DNA of 64,000 bases, taken from positions 32,001 through 96,000 of the forward strand of contig CAXXDQ010000007.1 in NCBI GenBank assembly GCA_963664325.2, in the 5' to 3' direction. Below, in pieces: positions 38,983 through 48,754 of the stretch. A program made the position numbers and the translations under genes. The stretch comes from Desulfomonilia bacterium (GTDB lineage: Bacteria; Desulfobacterota; Desulfomonilia; UBA1062). The notes beneath the pieces were generated by a model that made no database searches, was not told where the DNA came from, and worked only from the letters and a program-made list of their open reading frames with translations. Numbering within the stretch: the stretch's first letter is position 1; each line of letters opens with the position of its first letter.

Positions 38983-39420
38983 TTATTTTGTGACAATCAG
39001 GTGCTCCAGACCCATCTCTTTCAGGGCGACAGGGAACATCCTGAAGGCCGGCCTGACAACAGGAAGAAGTTTTAGCATCGCAGTGACCTTGCCCCCCTGC
39101 TTCACCTTTCCTTTTGCAACAGATGCAATAGGGTTTTCAATACCATGCCAGAAGCGGTGCGAATGGTCCGCCGTCTGTTTGGACCAGACATCTTCCTTGA
39201 GACTGCACGGGCCCAGGTAGAAGTTGCCGTAAATTCCGGGCTTGTTCGGGGGATTCTTGAGGTCGATTGTTATCTCTCCGTCAGGCTCGGTATAGATGAA
39301 TTTGATGATGATCCCGGCCTTTGCCATCTTGGGTCCTATCTTTTCGTCCCTTAAAATCCTGTCAAGAAAGTATCCGTAAATTCTGTAAAGATCGTCAATG
39401 TCCTTGTAGTACTGGCTCAT
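38983..39420 (-). CDS. SCP2 sterol-carrier-like protein
   Basis: 145 aa; HRFWHG..NP...VAKGKVKQGG...MLKLLP pattern typical of the SCP2 fold. Confidence 0.65.
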   Translation of the reverse strand: MSQYYKDIDDLYRIYGYFLDRILRDEKIGPKMAKAGIIIKFIYTEPDGEITIDLKNPPNKPGIYGNFYLGPCSLKEDVWSKQTADHSHRFWHGIENPIASVAKGKVKQGGKVTAMLKLLPVVRPAFRMFPVALKEMGLEHLIVTK

Positions 39421-39433
39421 TCTTCCCTCCTTG

Positions 39434-39559
39434 ATACAGGGCGTGATAACTTTGCATTCCGGCGTCGCTTCCTTGCCTCGTCATTGCGGCGTACGGCAAT
39501 GTACGCCTCATTCCTCGGCTGCGTTGCTCCTTGGACTGCTTTGTTCTGACGCCCTGTAT
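39434..39559. repeat. structured intergenic REP-like element
   Basis: 11-bp terminal IR ATACAGGGCGT/ACGCCCTGTAT with an internal GGCGTAC-n6-GTACGCC hairpin. Confidence 0.65.
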
Positions 39560-39635
39560 TTATTATTTCGAGCTGAGCGAGAAATATAGTTTATGATTTA
39601 TTCTCACCACTCACCACTCTTAACTCACCACTGCT

Positions 39636-40802
39636 CTACTTACCTTTTCTTTGATCGAAACGGCGGCCATAGAGGAAACTTGCCAATGTGATGCGGAGCA
39701 TCTGTACCGTGCCGCCTGCAACGCACCAGGCCCTGCCGTCCCGGAGCATTCTTTCTACAGGGAACTCCCTGCTGTAGCCGTAGCCGCCCAGCACCTGCAT
39801 TGCAATATTCGTTACCTCTATCACCATTTCGTTGGCAAAGCACTTTGCCATGGAGGCCTCATATACCGACGGCAGGCCCTGGCCGGCCCCGCATGCAGCA
39901 CGGTAGACAAGAAGCCTTGCGGCATCGAGCTTCATCGCCATGTCAACGGTCATGAACTGTATAGCCTGGAAATCGCAGATAGGTCTTCCGAAGGCGCTCC
40001 TTTGCATGGCGTAGTTTTTTGCCTCTTCAAGTGCGCCTGCAGCCACACCGAGGCACATGGCGGAATTCCCGCAGCGTTCGATATCAAATGTGGTCATGAG
40101 TTTTGTAAAATCGCCCTGTCCGATCACCACATTGCTTTTGGGTACCCTGACGTCTTCGAAAATAAGGTCGCATGACGGCATTCCCCTCAAGCCCATGAAC
40201 TCTTCCTGTTTGCCGAATGTAAAGCCGGGCATGCCTTTCTCGACTATGATCCCGCCTATGCCCTTGTAGCCCTTGATGTCGCCGAACCTTGTATAGACCA
40301 TGTAATGGCTTGCATGCCCGCCGCCCGTAATAAATGTCTTGCGGCCGTTCAATATGTAATGATCGCCGTCCTCCACGACATTGGTTCCGAGAGAGGTAAG
40401 ATCGGAACCGACCGCCGGTTCAGTCATGCACACCGAAACGCTTTTTTCACCCTTGCAGACATCCGGAATAATGGAGCGCTTTTGTTCGTCGGTGCCGAAT
40501 ATGTCGATTACCCTGACAGGTCCCACATTGGACTCGAATACAGGGGCCGCTATCATCGGGGAATACCTGGCCAGTTCCTCTATGGCCAGTATCGCATTGA
40601 TTCCGGGCTGGCCGCCTCCGCCGTATTCGGGTGAAAGCGTCATGCCGATCAGTCCCATATCGGCGAATTTCGGCATCAAATGATAGGGGAACTCGCCGGT
40701 TGCATCGATGTGTTTGGCAAGGTCCTTGAACTTTTCACGCTCACCCATCGTCCTTAAGGTCTGGATAAGCATTTTTTGTTCATCGTTAAGGTTGAAATCC
40801 AT
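39636..40802 (-). CDS. acyl-CoA dehydrogenase
   Basis: CMTEPAVGSD, NGRKTFITGGG, FDIER and GGYGYSREFPVERMLRD motifs. Confidence 0.93.
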   Translation of the reverse strand: MDFNLNDEQKMLIQTLRTMGEREKFKDLAKHIDATGEFPYHLMPKFADMGLIGMTLSPEYGGGGQPGINAILAIEELARYSPMIAAPVFESNVGPVRVIDIFGTDEQKRSIIPDVCKGEKSVSVCMTEPAVGSDLTSLGTNVVEDGDHYILNGRKTFITGGGHASHYMVYTRFGDIKGYKGIGGIIVEKGMPGFTFGKQEEFMGLRGMPSCDLIFEDVRVPKSNVVIGQGDFTKLMTTFDIERCGNSAMCLGVAAGALEEAKNYAMQRSAFGRPICDFQAIQFMTVDMAMKLDAARLLVYRAACGAGQGLPSVYEASMAKCFANEMVIEVTNIAMQVLGGYGYSREFPVERMLRDGRAWCVAGGTVQMLRITLASFLYGRRFDQRKGK

Positions 40803-40822
40803 CTTTTTCTCCTTGTGTTTTA

Positions 40823-42190
40823 TTAAATGGCCTCTGAAAGGGCCTTTATGTCTTTTAGATTCTCAATATCCATTATCATTGCAACAAGCCCATCGATATC
40901 GTTTCTATTACGGTTTACGGCGAAACGGATGATCTTCTGCGTAAGATCGGAGGTGTCCATGGGGTCCCTCGGATCGCCTTTGGGGATATCCACCTGTCTG
41001 GAAAGTGTGGCGCCGTTTTTAAACTTGATTTCCACCCTGCTGGAGGTTTTTTCGGGATATATCTTGTTCAGTTCCTCATCGGCCTTGACGCCGACTTTTT
41101 TCGACAGTGCCAGCACATCGGGGCTGGTAATGCGCTTTTCGGTAAGCTGCAGGGGGCCGAGTTCATTGTCGATCAGGCAGGCTGCAACAACATAGGGGAT
41201 GGAAAACTGTGCTGAGACTATCGTGCCGTTTTCAGGCATGCCCTTGCCGACCGCTACTTCCGCCATGCCATATGTGGCCACGTCAACTTTTTCGATATCG
41301 GATACGGAAAATTTATTTTCCCTCAAAAGGCCGAGCGTCGCCTGTGCCGCCCCGTGTGTATGGCGGCAGGCCGTAAACGGCTTGAAATAGAGGTCTGTTA
41401 TAGTGAAGTGTACGCCGAGCCTGTCGGTTATGCGTTCGGGTTTGGGGTCGACCTTGGAGGTTATCTGGGTAAAGCCTCCTTTCAGGGATGAGCCTTCGAG
41501 AACCTCAGGGCAGCCTGTAATGCCGCATGAAGCAAGCCCTGCCGCCGTGATGCCTGCGCTGGCGGCCTGTCCGCCCTGGACTATCTTTATCGTATATCCG
41601 CCCATGAGCTGCTCGGCCATGGTCAGGGGCAGCAGGTAGCCGGCATTGCCGAATGCATTGAGCATGCCGGATGGATCTAGTTTCATCAGCTTTGCTGCAG
41701 CTGCAGCGGCACCGAACGTCCCGCATGTGCCCGTGGGCAGGAAACCCGAAAGGGTATGATATGGATGCATGGCAGCAGCAGTCCTGTCGGCTGCCTCATA
41801 GCCCGCGATAATTGCTTCCAGGAGTTCAATGCCCGATGAATTATTCGCCTCGGCCAGAGCGAATGCGGCGGGCATAACCGCGCATACAGGGTGGTTTCCC
41901 CCGAACCTCAGGCCATCCTGAGCCTCTATCGATTCCGCCGTCGTCCCGTTGATGAATGCGGCACTAAGCATGCCGGTCTTGAATCCGCAGCCCAGAGCCG
42001 TGGAGGCGCCGCCGCCGCCAAGAGAGCGCATATATGAAACCACCGACTTTACGGCATCGAGTTCGAGCGAACCGTAGATGTTTGCAACATAGTCAAGCAG
42101 GCAGAGTTTGGTTTTATAGACAACTTCTCCAGGAACTTTCTCAAGCTTCAACCCAGAACAGAAATCTGCGAGAATCCTTGTCTCATTCAT
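40823..42190 (-). CDS. MmgE/PrpD family protein
   Basis: AAFINGT, NHP, GYE, YFKPFTACRHTH, AQFSIPY and PKGDP motifs. Confidence 0.92.
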   Translation of the reverse strand: MNETRILADFCSGLKLEKVPGEVVYKTKLCLLDYVANIYGSLELDAVKSVVSYMRSLGGGGASTALGCGFKTGMLSAAFINGTTAESIEAQDGLRFGGNHPVCAVMPAAFALAEANNSSGIELLEAIIAGYEAADRTAAAMHPYHTLSGFLPTGTCGTFGAAAAAAKLMKLDPSGMLNAFGNAGYLLPLTMAEQLMGGYTIKIVQGGQAASAGITAAGLASCGITGCPEVLEGSSLKGGFTQITSKVDPKPERITDRLGVHFTITDLYFKPFTACRHTHGAAQATLGLLRENKFSVSDIEKVDVATYGMAEVAVGKGMPENGTIVSAQFSIPYVVAACLIDNELGPLQLTEKRITSPDVLALSKKVGVKADEELNKIYPEKTSSRVEIKFKNGATLSRQVDIPKGDPRDPMDTSDLTQKIIRFAVNRNRNDIDGLVAMIMDIENLKDIKALSEAI

Positions 42191-42213
42191 GATTAACCTC
42201 CAACTGAATAGTT

Positions 42214-42352
42214 GACAGGAGACAGTAGACAGGAGACAGCATGAAAAACCATCAATATGATAGAAGTAGCATTAAAAATGAATATAAGCATGTTTATTAG
42301 GTTGCGTTTTTTGCATTTTAACTGTCTCCTATCTCCTGTCTACTGTCTCCTG
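42214..42352. repeat. inverted arrays of 7-bp tandem repeats flanking an AT-rich spacer
   Basis: GACAGGA-GACAGTA-GACAGGA-GACAGCA at 42214-42241; reverse-complement units at 42321-42352. Confidence 0.75.
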
Positions 42353-42356
42353 ATTC

Positions 42357-43157
42357 TCAAACGTAGCCACGCTTTTCGTATATTTTTATCATCCTGAACG
42401 GGTCGAGGATTTCCCTCAGTACCCGCAGCTCTTCGGCTGTCGGCGGCTCCGTCTCATGCGCATCATCGGCGACTTTGAGTTTCCAGGGCGTAAGGCTTAC
42501 TACCTCGTCTATACTGGTGTCAGGGTGCCAGCTCGCGAGGTATGCCTCCTTGGTATCCCTGTCAAACCGCAATACCGCCTTGTTTGTTATGATGACTTCC
42601 GGGCCCGTGTCATCTGGCAATCCCCATTTCTGTCTGGAGCCGGGGCCGTCGAGGTAGCCCGGCGTCGTAATGAAGTCCACCCGTTCGGACAGGCTTCTTT
42701 TGTCGTGCAGGGCAATGATAAGGACCCTTTTTGCAAGCGCTCCGATCGGGTTTGCACCGCCCGAGCCCGGCAGTCTGCTTTTGGGTTTATCGTAACGGCC
42801 GATCACAGTAGTATTTATATTCCCAAATTTGTCCACCTGCGCACCGGCAAGAAATCCCACGTCAACCCAGCCGGCCTGCAGGAACATCCCCATGACCTCG
42901 ATCAGGCCGCCTGTCATTGCAGCACCAGGGTTAAGGCACGGATCGCCGACCGAAAGGGCAGGGCGCAAAGGCCGTGCGTCGAACACACCTGATTCCTGCA
43001 TCATGGTGGCGTCGGGGGCCTGGATGTATTTCGCGATATTGGCGGCCATTGTCGGAAAACCGGTGCCCACTATCACGACGTCGTTGTTCCTGATCTCTCT
43101 CGCGCCGCAGCAGGCCATAAGCTCCGGTTTTATATAATCATTGGGGTGTGTGCTCAT
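42357..43157 (-). CDS. family I CoA-transferase beta subunit (GctB-like)
   Basis: VGTGFP, catalytic QESG, AQVDKFGNIN and RLPGSGGA motifs. Confidence 0.92.
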   Translation of the reverse strand: MSTHPNDYIKPELMACCGAREIRNNDVVIVGTGFPTMAANIAKYIQAPDATMMQESGVFDARPLRPALSVGDPCLNPGAAMTGGLIEVMGMFLQAGWVDVGFLAGAQVDKFGNINTTVIGRYDKPKSRLPGSGGANPIGALAKRVLIIALHDKRSLSERVDFITTPGYLDGPGSRQKWGLPDDTGPEVIITNKAVLRFDRDTKEAYLASWHPDTSIDEVVSLTPWKLKVADDAHETEPPTAEELRVLREILDPFRMIKIYEKRGYV

Positions 43158-43169
43158 TATGGGCCTCCG

Positions 43170-44105
43170 TCAGTATGAGTAGCTTGCGGGGTAGCTGTAA
43201 TCGAATTTCGCCTGGAGCTTTTTATACTGGGCAAAACCGAATTTGCCTATGTAATGCTGAATATAACTTTGCCTGTCAGCGCAGCCGAGGACCCATTCGT
43301 CAAGGAAGGCCCTGAAGCCTTCTTCGGTGTTCGAGGCCTGCTGGTAGACATAGCCGAACGAAAAATCCACATCATAAAATCCCGGTGTATATCCGGGGTG
43401 GGCGCCGAAAGGCTCTTCGCAGACTGCCACCACCTTGAACGATGGAACTATGGTACGTGAAGGGTCTTTTCCTACTGTCTCCCGGCTGACTATCCTCTCG
43501 CAGCAGACGATGACCTTATTTGCCGCATTCGCCCCCCACTTGCAGTCGCCGCCTATGCCCCACATCTGGGCGTTGCCGTTTTCATCAGCCTGCTGGACAT
43601 GGATTATGGCCACATCGGGATTCAGCGCAGGCACGAGCATGACAGGCTTCCCGTCGAACGGCGAGTCGATCATCTTGTATTTGTTTTCACCCATGAACGA
43701 CCTGATATTCATCATGTCAGTGCCTACCATGTCTTTGACCGGGACGAACGGCATGCCCATGGCACCTGCCATGAACATCATCGGCAGAGACAGGTTTGTA
43801 TACTCTTCCAGCTCTATCTTATTGGGGATGCCCTTTTCTATTGATCGCCGGAAACACCTTGCAAGCCCGTAAAGTCCAAGTGAGATGAAAGTGGAGATGA
43901 ATCTTTTGACGCAGCCGGCGCCGATAAGCATGTCGAAATCATCGGCGGCGTTGCTTCTCGCAATTGTCAGGCCGGTCTTGCCCTGCCTGATCAACTCGTG
44001 GATTGCGGCAAAAGGAGGACGGCATATATAGCCTCCAATGAAGAGGAAATCGCCGTTACCGACATGCTGTGCAACGGCATCCTTGGTGGTCATAACCTTA
44101 CTCAT
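43170..44105 (-). CDS. family I CoA-transferase alpha subunit (GctA-like)
   Basis: HELIRQG, AGAMGMPF, PDVAIIHVQQAD and PFGAHP motifs. Confidence 0.92.
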   Translation of the reverse strand: MSKVMTTKDAVAQHVGNGDFLFIGGYICRPPFAAIHELIRQGKTGLTIARSNAADDFDMLIGAGCVKRFISTFISLGLYGLARCFRRSIEKGIPNKIELEEYTNLSLPMMFMAGAMGMPFVPVKDMVGTDMMNIRSFMGENKYKMIDSPFDGKPVMLVPALNPDVAIIHVQQADENGNAQMWGIGGDCKWGANAANKVIVCCERIVSRETVGKDPSRTIVPSFKVVAVCEEPFGAHPGYTPGFYDVDFSFGYVYQQASNTEEGFRAFLDEWVLGCADRQSYIQHYIGKFGFAQYKKLQAKFDYSYPASYSY

Positions 44106-44122
44106 AGTTCAGCTCCGGCTTT

Positions 44123-46501
44123 CTAAAGTTCATACTCGGTTCTGCTTATGATCTCGTTCTGGGCAATCTCGGACAGCCCCGTGAATTCTGCTGAATAGCC
44201 GCTGACCCTCACGAACAGGTCTGCGTACTTTTCGGGATTTTTCTGCGCCTTTCTGAGCGTTGCGGAATCTACCATGTTGAACTGTACCTGCATCCCACCC
44301 CTGTTGAAATACGTCCTTATGAGGGAAAGCAGGTTTTCGGTGCTTATCTTCCTGCCCTGAAAACGTATATTGAGGTTTGCTCCGTTAAAGATTTTGTTCA
44401 GAGGAAGCTTGGCCACTGAATTCATCATCGCAGTCGGGCCGGAGACGGCGTTTCCCGTTGTCGGGGTTATGCCGTTGCCGAGGACATCGCCTGCATGCCT
44501 TCCGTCGGGTGAGGCGGCCGAGAATGCCCCGAAGCTTATATGAAATCCGACCGAGAATATTCCGGGCCAGTATGAGCCGCCCCGGTAATTTCTGTATTTT
44601 GACAGGGTCTCGCAGAAATGCCCGGCAACCCTGGCCGCCATCTCGTCAGCCTCGTCAATGTCGTTTCCGTATTTCGGAACCTTTTTAAGGAAATAGCTGC
44701 GTTTGGGTTCTGCATCCTGCCAGTCCTGGGATAGCCATTCCGAGAGCTGTCCGATGGAATATTTTTTGTCCTCGAAAATGGCTTTTTTAATGGAGTAGAG
44801 GCTGTCGGAGGTATTGGCGAAACCCATGAGCTGAACACCGGTCGAGTTGTAGACGGCGCCTCCTTTCGTGAGGTCAATTCCCTTGTCCATAGGGCCTTCG
44901 ACCATTGCGGAAGCAAAGGGGGAGGGCACGTTTTCCGCTATCGACCTGTCGAGCACAGTCATACCCTTTGCCATCTGGTTTATGAAATGGTTCATCTGTG
45001 TATCATATGCGTTCCAGACATCTTCAAAACTTTCAAACGAGGCCGGATCCCCTGTTTCGGGTCCGGACTGGTATCCGAAGATGTTGTCGATCCCGTTCGA
45101 GAGCGCCAGTTCGACGCATTTTATACCGTTGAACTGTACGGCGAATGTCGAGCCGAAGGTCTTGCCCTGGGCGCTCGGCTCAAGACATCCGACAACACCG
45201 TAGTTCCTGGCATCTTCAAGAGTATGTCCTGCGCCTACCAGATTTTCCACTATGGCCTCGTCGTTGAAGAAATGCATTAGCACCCCGTCTCTGGCATAAT
45301 CTATGGCCTTTTTAAAGAAATCCTTGGGCGTTTTCTTGCAGACCCTGACACCGAAATTGGGCTGCACCGTCCTGATGTCGGCATACGCCTCAAGGCCAAC
45401 CAGACTGAGTTCGTTTGTCGCATCATTACCGTCAGGACCGAGACCTCCTACGGTGACGTTTTGCGTCGTCTTGCCTTCCGTTCCTTCTCCTCCCGGGATG
45501 AATGCCTCTTCCAGCACGTTCCATATCTCGTTCGTTTTGATGAAGAGCAGAGACAGGAGCTCCTGCGCATGCTCCGCGGTAATCCTGCCTGCCTTCCTGT
45601 CTTTCTGATAATATGGATTGAGTATCTGGTCTATGCGTCCCAGGGATATGGAGTTTCCTCCCGACTCTATCTGAGCAGCCAGATGAATGAAGTATATGCT
45701 CTGCACCGCCTCATGGAAGCTTTGAGCGGGATTTTCGGGGACCCGGCTGCAGACCTTTGCGATCTCAAGAAGTTCCTCGGCGCGCTCCTTATCGGGTTCG
45801 TTTGCCGCCATCTCTCTTGCCTTGTCGCTGTAGCGGTTTGCGAACATGACAGCCGCCTTCATGGAGCGTATCATGGACTGATAAAATATGCCCTTCTCCG
45901 ATTTCTTTTCATCGGGGCTTAAAGAACTGAACTTTTCTTCCGCCTCGGCAATAATGCCCTTAAGTCCCTTGGCAAGGACCTTTTCATGGTTCATGGTGAA
46001 GTGGCCGATACCGTAGGTAATCTCGAGCATCATGGTAAATATATATTTGTCCATGTCCTCTTCGACATCAGCGGGAAGGGCTTTTTCCATGACCTCTTCC
46101 ACTGACCTCCCTTTCCAGAAGGGAAGGATCCCGTCTCTTAGTTCGTCTTTTTCGGCTTCTGTGATAAGAGCCCTCTGGAGAAGCCTTATCTCGAATGCGT
46201 CAAGGTCGCCTTCTATCCAGCGCGACTTGTTCTCGGGGAATAAAGGGGCGCCCTTGAGCTTCTCCGTCCGGCATCCTACTATGATTTCGTCTTCCCTGAT
46301 TATGACACTGATGTTTTTCAGGATATGCTCAAAGGCAAGGCTGATGCGCTCAAGGGGATGACATCCCCAGTTTTTGCGCATGGATTCTGTAAGATACCTT
46401 GCGCGCTCGATGCAAACCTCCTGAGGCGCGTGAATTATCCTGTTCCTCAGTTTATGAACCCTGGTGTCTTCGATCTTGAGTGCAGCGTTTGTATTTTTCA
46501 T
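44123..46501 (-). CDS. glycyl radical enzyme (PFL2/eliminase-type), GRE-1
   Basis: CIERARY, SLGRIDQ, Cys loop VVGCLEP and Gly loop VRVSGYS; start at MKNT (ORF track 46519). Confidence 0.93.
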   Translation of the reverse strand: MKNTNAALKIEDTRVHKLRNRIIHAPQEVCIERARYLTESMRKNWGCHPLERISLAFEHILKNISVIIREDEIIVGCRTEKLKGAPLFPENKSRWIEGDLDAFEIRLLQRALITEAEKDELRDGILPFWKGRSVEEVMEKALPADVEEDMDKYIFTMMLEITYGIGHFTMNHEKVLAKGLKGIIAEAEEKFSSLSPDEKKSEKGIFYQSMIRSMKAAVMFANRYSDKAREMAANEPDKERAEELLEIAKVCSRVPENPAQSFHEAVQSIYFIHLAAQIESGGNSISLGRIDQILNPYYQKDRKAGRITAEHAQELLSLLFIKTNEIWNVLEEAFIPGGEGTEGKTTQNVTVGGLGPDGNDATNELSLVGLEAYADIRTVQPNFGVRVCKKTPKDFFKKAIDYARDGVLMHFFNDEAIVENLVGAGHTLEDARNYGVVGCLEPSAQGKTFGSTFAVQFNGIKCVELALSNGIDNIFGYQSGPETGDPASFESFEDVWNAYDTQMNHFINQMAKGMTVLDRSIAENVPSPFASAMVEGPMDKGIDLTKGGAVYNSTGVQLMGFANTSDSLYSIKKAIFEDKKYSIGQLSEWLSQDWQDAEPKRSYFLKKVPKYGNDIDEADEMAARVAGHFCETLSKYRNYRGGSYWPGIFSVGFHISFGAFSAASPDGRHAGDVLGNGITPTTGNAVSGPTAMMNSVAKLPLNKIFNGANLNIRFQGRKISTENLLSLIRTYFNRGGMQVQFNMVDSATLRKAQKNPEKYADLFVRVSGYSAEFTGLSEIAQNEIISRTEYEL

Positions 46502-46634
46502 ATAGTCCCCCTTAGTCACAGAATATGTGCTCGCCAGACAGAATTCAACAGCAGGTGAAGAAGAAAATCATTTTCAGTTCTAATTCCTAAAAAATATTTT
46601 TCTTATTCCCGCATTAATGTTCTGTCTTCCGTAT

Positions 46635-47456
46635 TTACACCTTTATGTGCATGTAGCTTACAAGTATCTTGTCCCTGACGCTGACAGGGAGGAAACGGTT
46701 GAGCATCTGAAGGAAACCGCTGCCGGCGTCGATCTGGTTGAATATCTTCGGCTTGTCCGCAGTCACGACCTTTACTATTCTCTTTGCGGCAAATTCAGGG
46801 GTAGGCGCTGTCTTTATCAATTCGTTGTCACGGTCAATGAATCTTTTGGCCCTGTCACGGTAGGGCGAGCCTTCAGGCGGCAGGAAATGTATTTTTGCGG
46901 CGAATGTAGTGGAGACCTGAGCCGGCTCTATCAGGGCGATGCGGATGCCGAAGGGTTCGACCTCGTGCTTGAGCGAGAGCACCATTCCAGTTACTGCAAA
47001 TTTGCTGGCCGAATATATCGATTCGAAAGGAAATGGAATTCTGCCTACGAGCGAAGACATGGCGACAAGCTTTCCATGACCCTGCTTGCGCATCGACGGG
47101 ATAAAGGCCTGGAAGATTGCGGCTGCACCGATCACATTGATCTCGAGGCATTTGAGCGCCTTTTCAAGGCTTACCTCTTCGAAAGGGCCGAAAAAACCGA
47201 TGCCGACATTGGAGAGAACCGTGTCAACCGAACCATACCTTTTTAAAACTTCATCCCTGAAATTAAGGATGCCTGCGCGGTTGGTGATGTCCATGTCCGT
47301 GAGATAATGTTTGTCCCCCAGCTCTTTGCGAAGCGTTTCAACCCCGGATTTGTCGACATCGAAACCGGCTATCGTGTAACCCTGCTGGGCAAGCATCTTT
47401 GCAACATGCCTTCCCATCCCGTCTGCAAGTCCCGTAATTACTATTACATTTCCCAT
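46635..47456 (-). CDS. SDR family oxidoreductase
   Basis: TGxxxGxG, NVG, YSASK and EP motifs. Confidence 0.92.
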   Translation of the reverse strand: MGNVIVITGLADGMGRHVAKMLAQQGYTIAGFDVDKSGVETLRKELGDKHYLTDMDITNRAGILNFRDEVLKRYGSVDTVLSNVGIGFFGPFEEVSLEKALKCLEINVIGAAAIFQAFIPSMRKQGHGKLVAMSSLVGRIPFPFESIYSASKFAVTGMVLSLKHEVEPFGIRIALIEPAQVSTTFAAKIHFLPPEGSPYRDRAKRFIDRDNELIKTAPTPEFAAKRIVKVVTADKPKIFNQIDAGSGFLQMLNRFLPVSVRDKILVSYMHIKV

Positions 47457-47488
47457 CTTTGACCTCCTGGTATATTTATCTTATTTTA

Positions 47489-47612
47489 TTCCGCTTCGCA
47501 TTCAAGCGCTCCCTTTGTCGGCCTCGTCGGAATTCTCCTCGACATACGTCAAAAGTATGCCTGCGTCGATCCCTCCTTGCCTCCTCGGTATCATCTTGAA
47601 TGCAAAACGGAA
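47489..47612. repeat. structured intergenic REP-like element, same type as 39434-39559
   Basis: 18-bp imperfect terminal IR (TTCCGCTTCGCATTCAAG / CTTGAATGCAAAACGGAA) with an internal CATAC-n7-GTATG hairpin. Confidence 0.6.
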
Positions 47613-47617
47613 TGGGT

Positions 47618-48598
47618 TCATTGATTCCGGTACCATTCTTTCATCTGAGCCATGGATAATCTGAAGTCCGGGTAAATGAGCTTGTACCCCGTGGCCTTCA
47701 ACTTGGAATTGTCCACGACATAATCGTAATAAAGGTATTTCACCGCATCATATTCCAGATCCGGGATCTTGCCCTTCTTGGCGGAAACAGCCCCGTCGAT
47801 TCTGGCTACGGCCTTGACGAGCCACAGCGGCAGGTGGAGCTTGGGAGGTTTAGTGCCGAAGGTTTTAGCTGCAAGCGTCAAGGCTTCGCCTATCTGCGGA
47901 TAAGTGTCCTCTGCGATGTTATAAGCCTGCCCGACGGCGCTTTCTATGTGGGAGAGATGGTCAACGGCGGCGGCGACGTCTTCGGCCCTTATGTTTGAAA
48001 GAAGCTGGCGGCCGCTTCCCGGGATCGCCGTGATCGATGTCGGCCTGGAAAAGGCCTTGCCGGCCCCGTCATTGCACCGGGGTCCGTAGACTGTGCACGG
48101 TCTTGTGATAATAGCCGGGAAACCTTCTCTGATCTTACGCCACAGAACATCCTCCCCGTCCCGTTTGCTCCTGCCGTAACTGTCCTGCGGGTCCCTGGGG
48201 CCGTCCTCTCTGAAGGGAGTGCCCTTGTAGTAACCGTAAACGCTTGTCGATCCGACATGCACATAGCATTTAACGCCCGCTTTGGCCGCCTCTGACGTGA
48301 TGCGGTCAACCCCGACAACATTTGTGGGATACAGCTTTTCATATGGTGTCGAGAAATTGCATATGGCGCCGAGATGGAAGATACGGTCAACCCCGCCTTT
48401 GAAGAGGGGAGGTATGGTTTCCGGCTTCGTAAGGTCAGCAGCTACGTACTCCACGCCGAGTTTCTCAAAAAATGAAATATCTTTCCTGGGCCTGGCGCTG
48501 GCTCTCACGCGTACGCCTTTTTTTGCGAGATATTCAACCAGGTGGCTGCCCATGAAACCAGCCGCGCCTGTAACAAGGGTAATACCTGAAAACTCCAT
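47618..48598 (-). CDS. NAD-dependent epimerase/dehydratase (extended SDR, 3-beta-HSD-like)
   Basis: TGAAGFMG, HLGA, YGRSK and RPCTVYGP motifs. Confidence 0.9.
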   Translation of the reverse strand: MEFSGITLVTGAAGFMGSHLVEYLAKKGVRVRASARPRKDISFFEKLGVEYVAADLTKPETIPPLFKGGVDRIFHLGAICNFSTPYEKLYPTNVVGVDRITSEAAKAGVKCYVHVGSTSVYGYYKGTPFREDGPRDPQDSYGRSKRDGEDVLWRKIREGFPAIITRPCTVYGPRCNDGAGKAFSRPTSITAIPGSGRQLLSNIRAEDVAAAVDHLSHIESAVGQAYNIAEDTYPQIGEALTLAAKTFGTKPPKLHLPLWLVKAVARIDGAVSAKKGKIPDLEYDAVKYLYYDYVVDNSKLKATGYKLIYPDFRLSMAQMKEWYRNQ

Positions 48599-48754
48599 GA
48601 AAAACCTCCTTTAGGGCGTTATTAATTCATATACTGACAGGCAGCCGTTTCAATGACGTCTTAAGAGTGCCGGCTCCCAGGCCTGCCTGTCCTTTTATTT
48701 GCTAACTCCTTGACCTGCTGCGCTCAAGAGTGTCCGTTCCACTGCAAGGTTATT

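Noticed and set aside
42214-42352. CRISPR array
   Set aside because: The units are 7-bp tandem repeats without unique spacers, and there are no cas genes.
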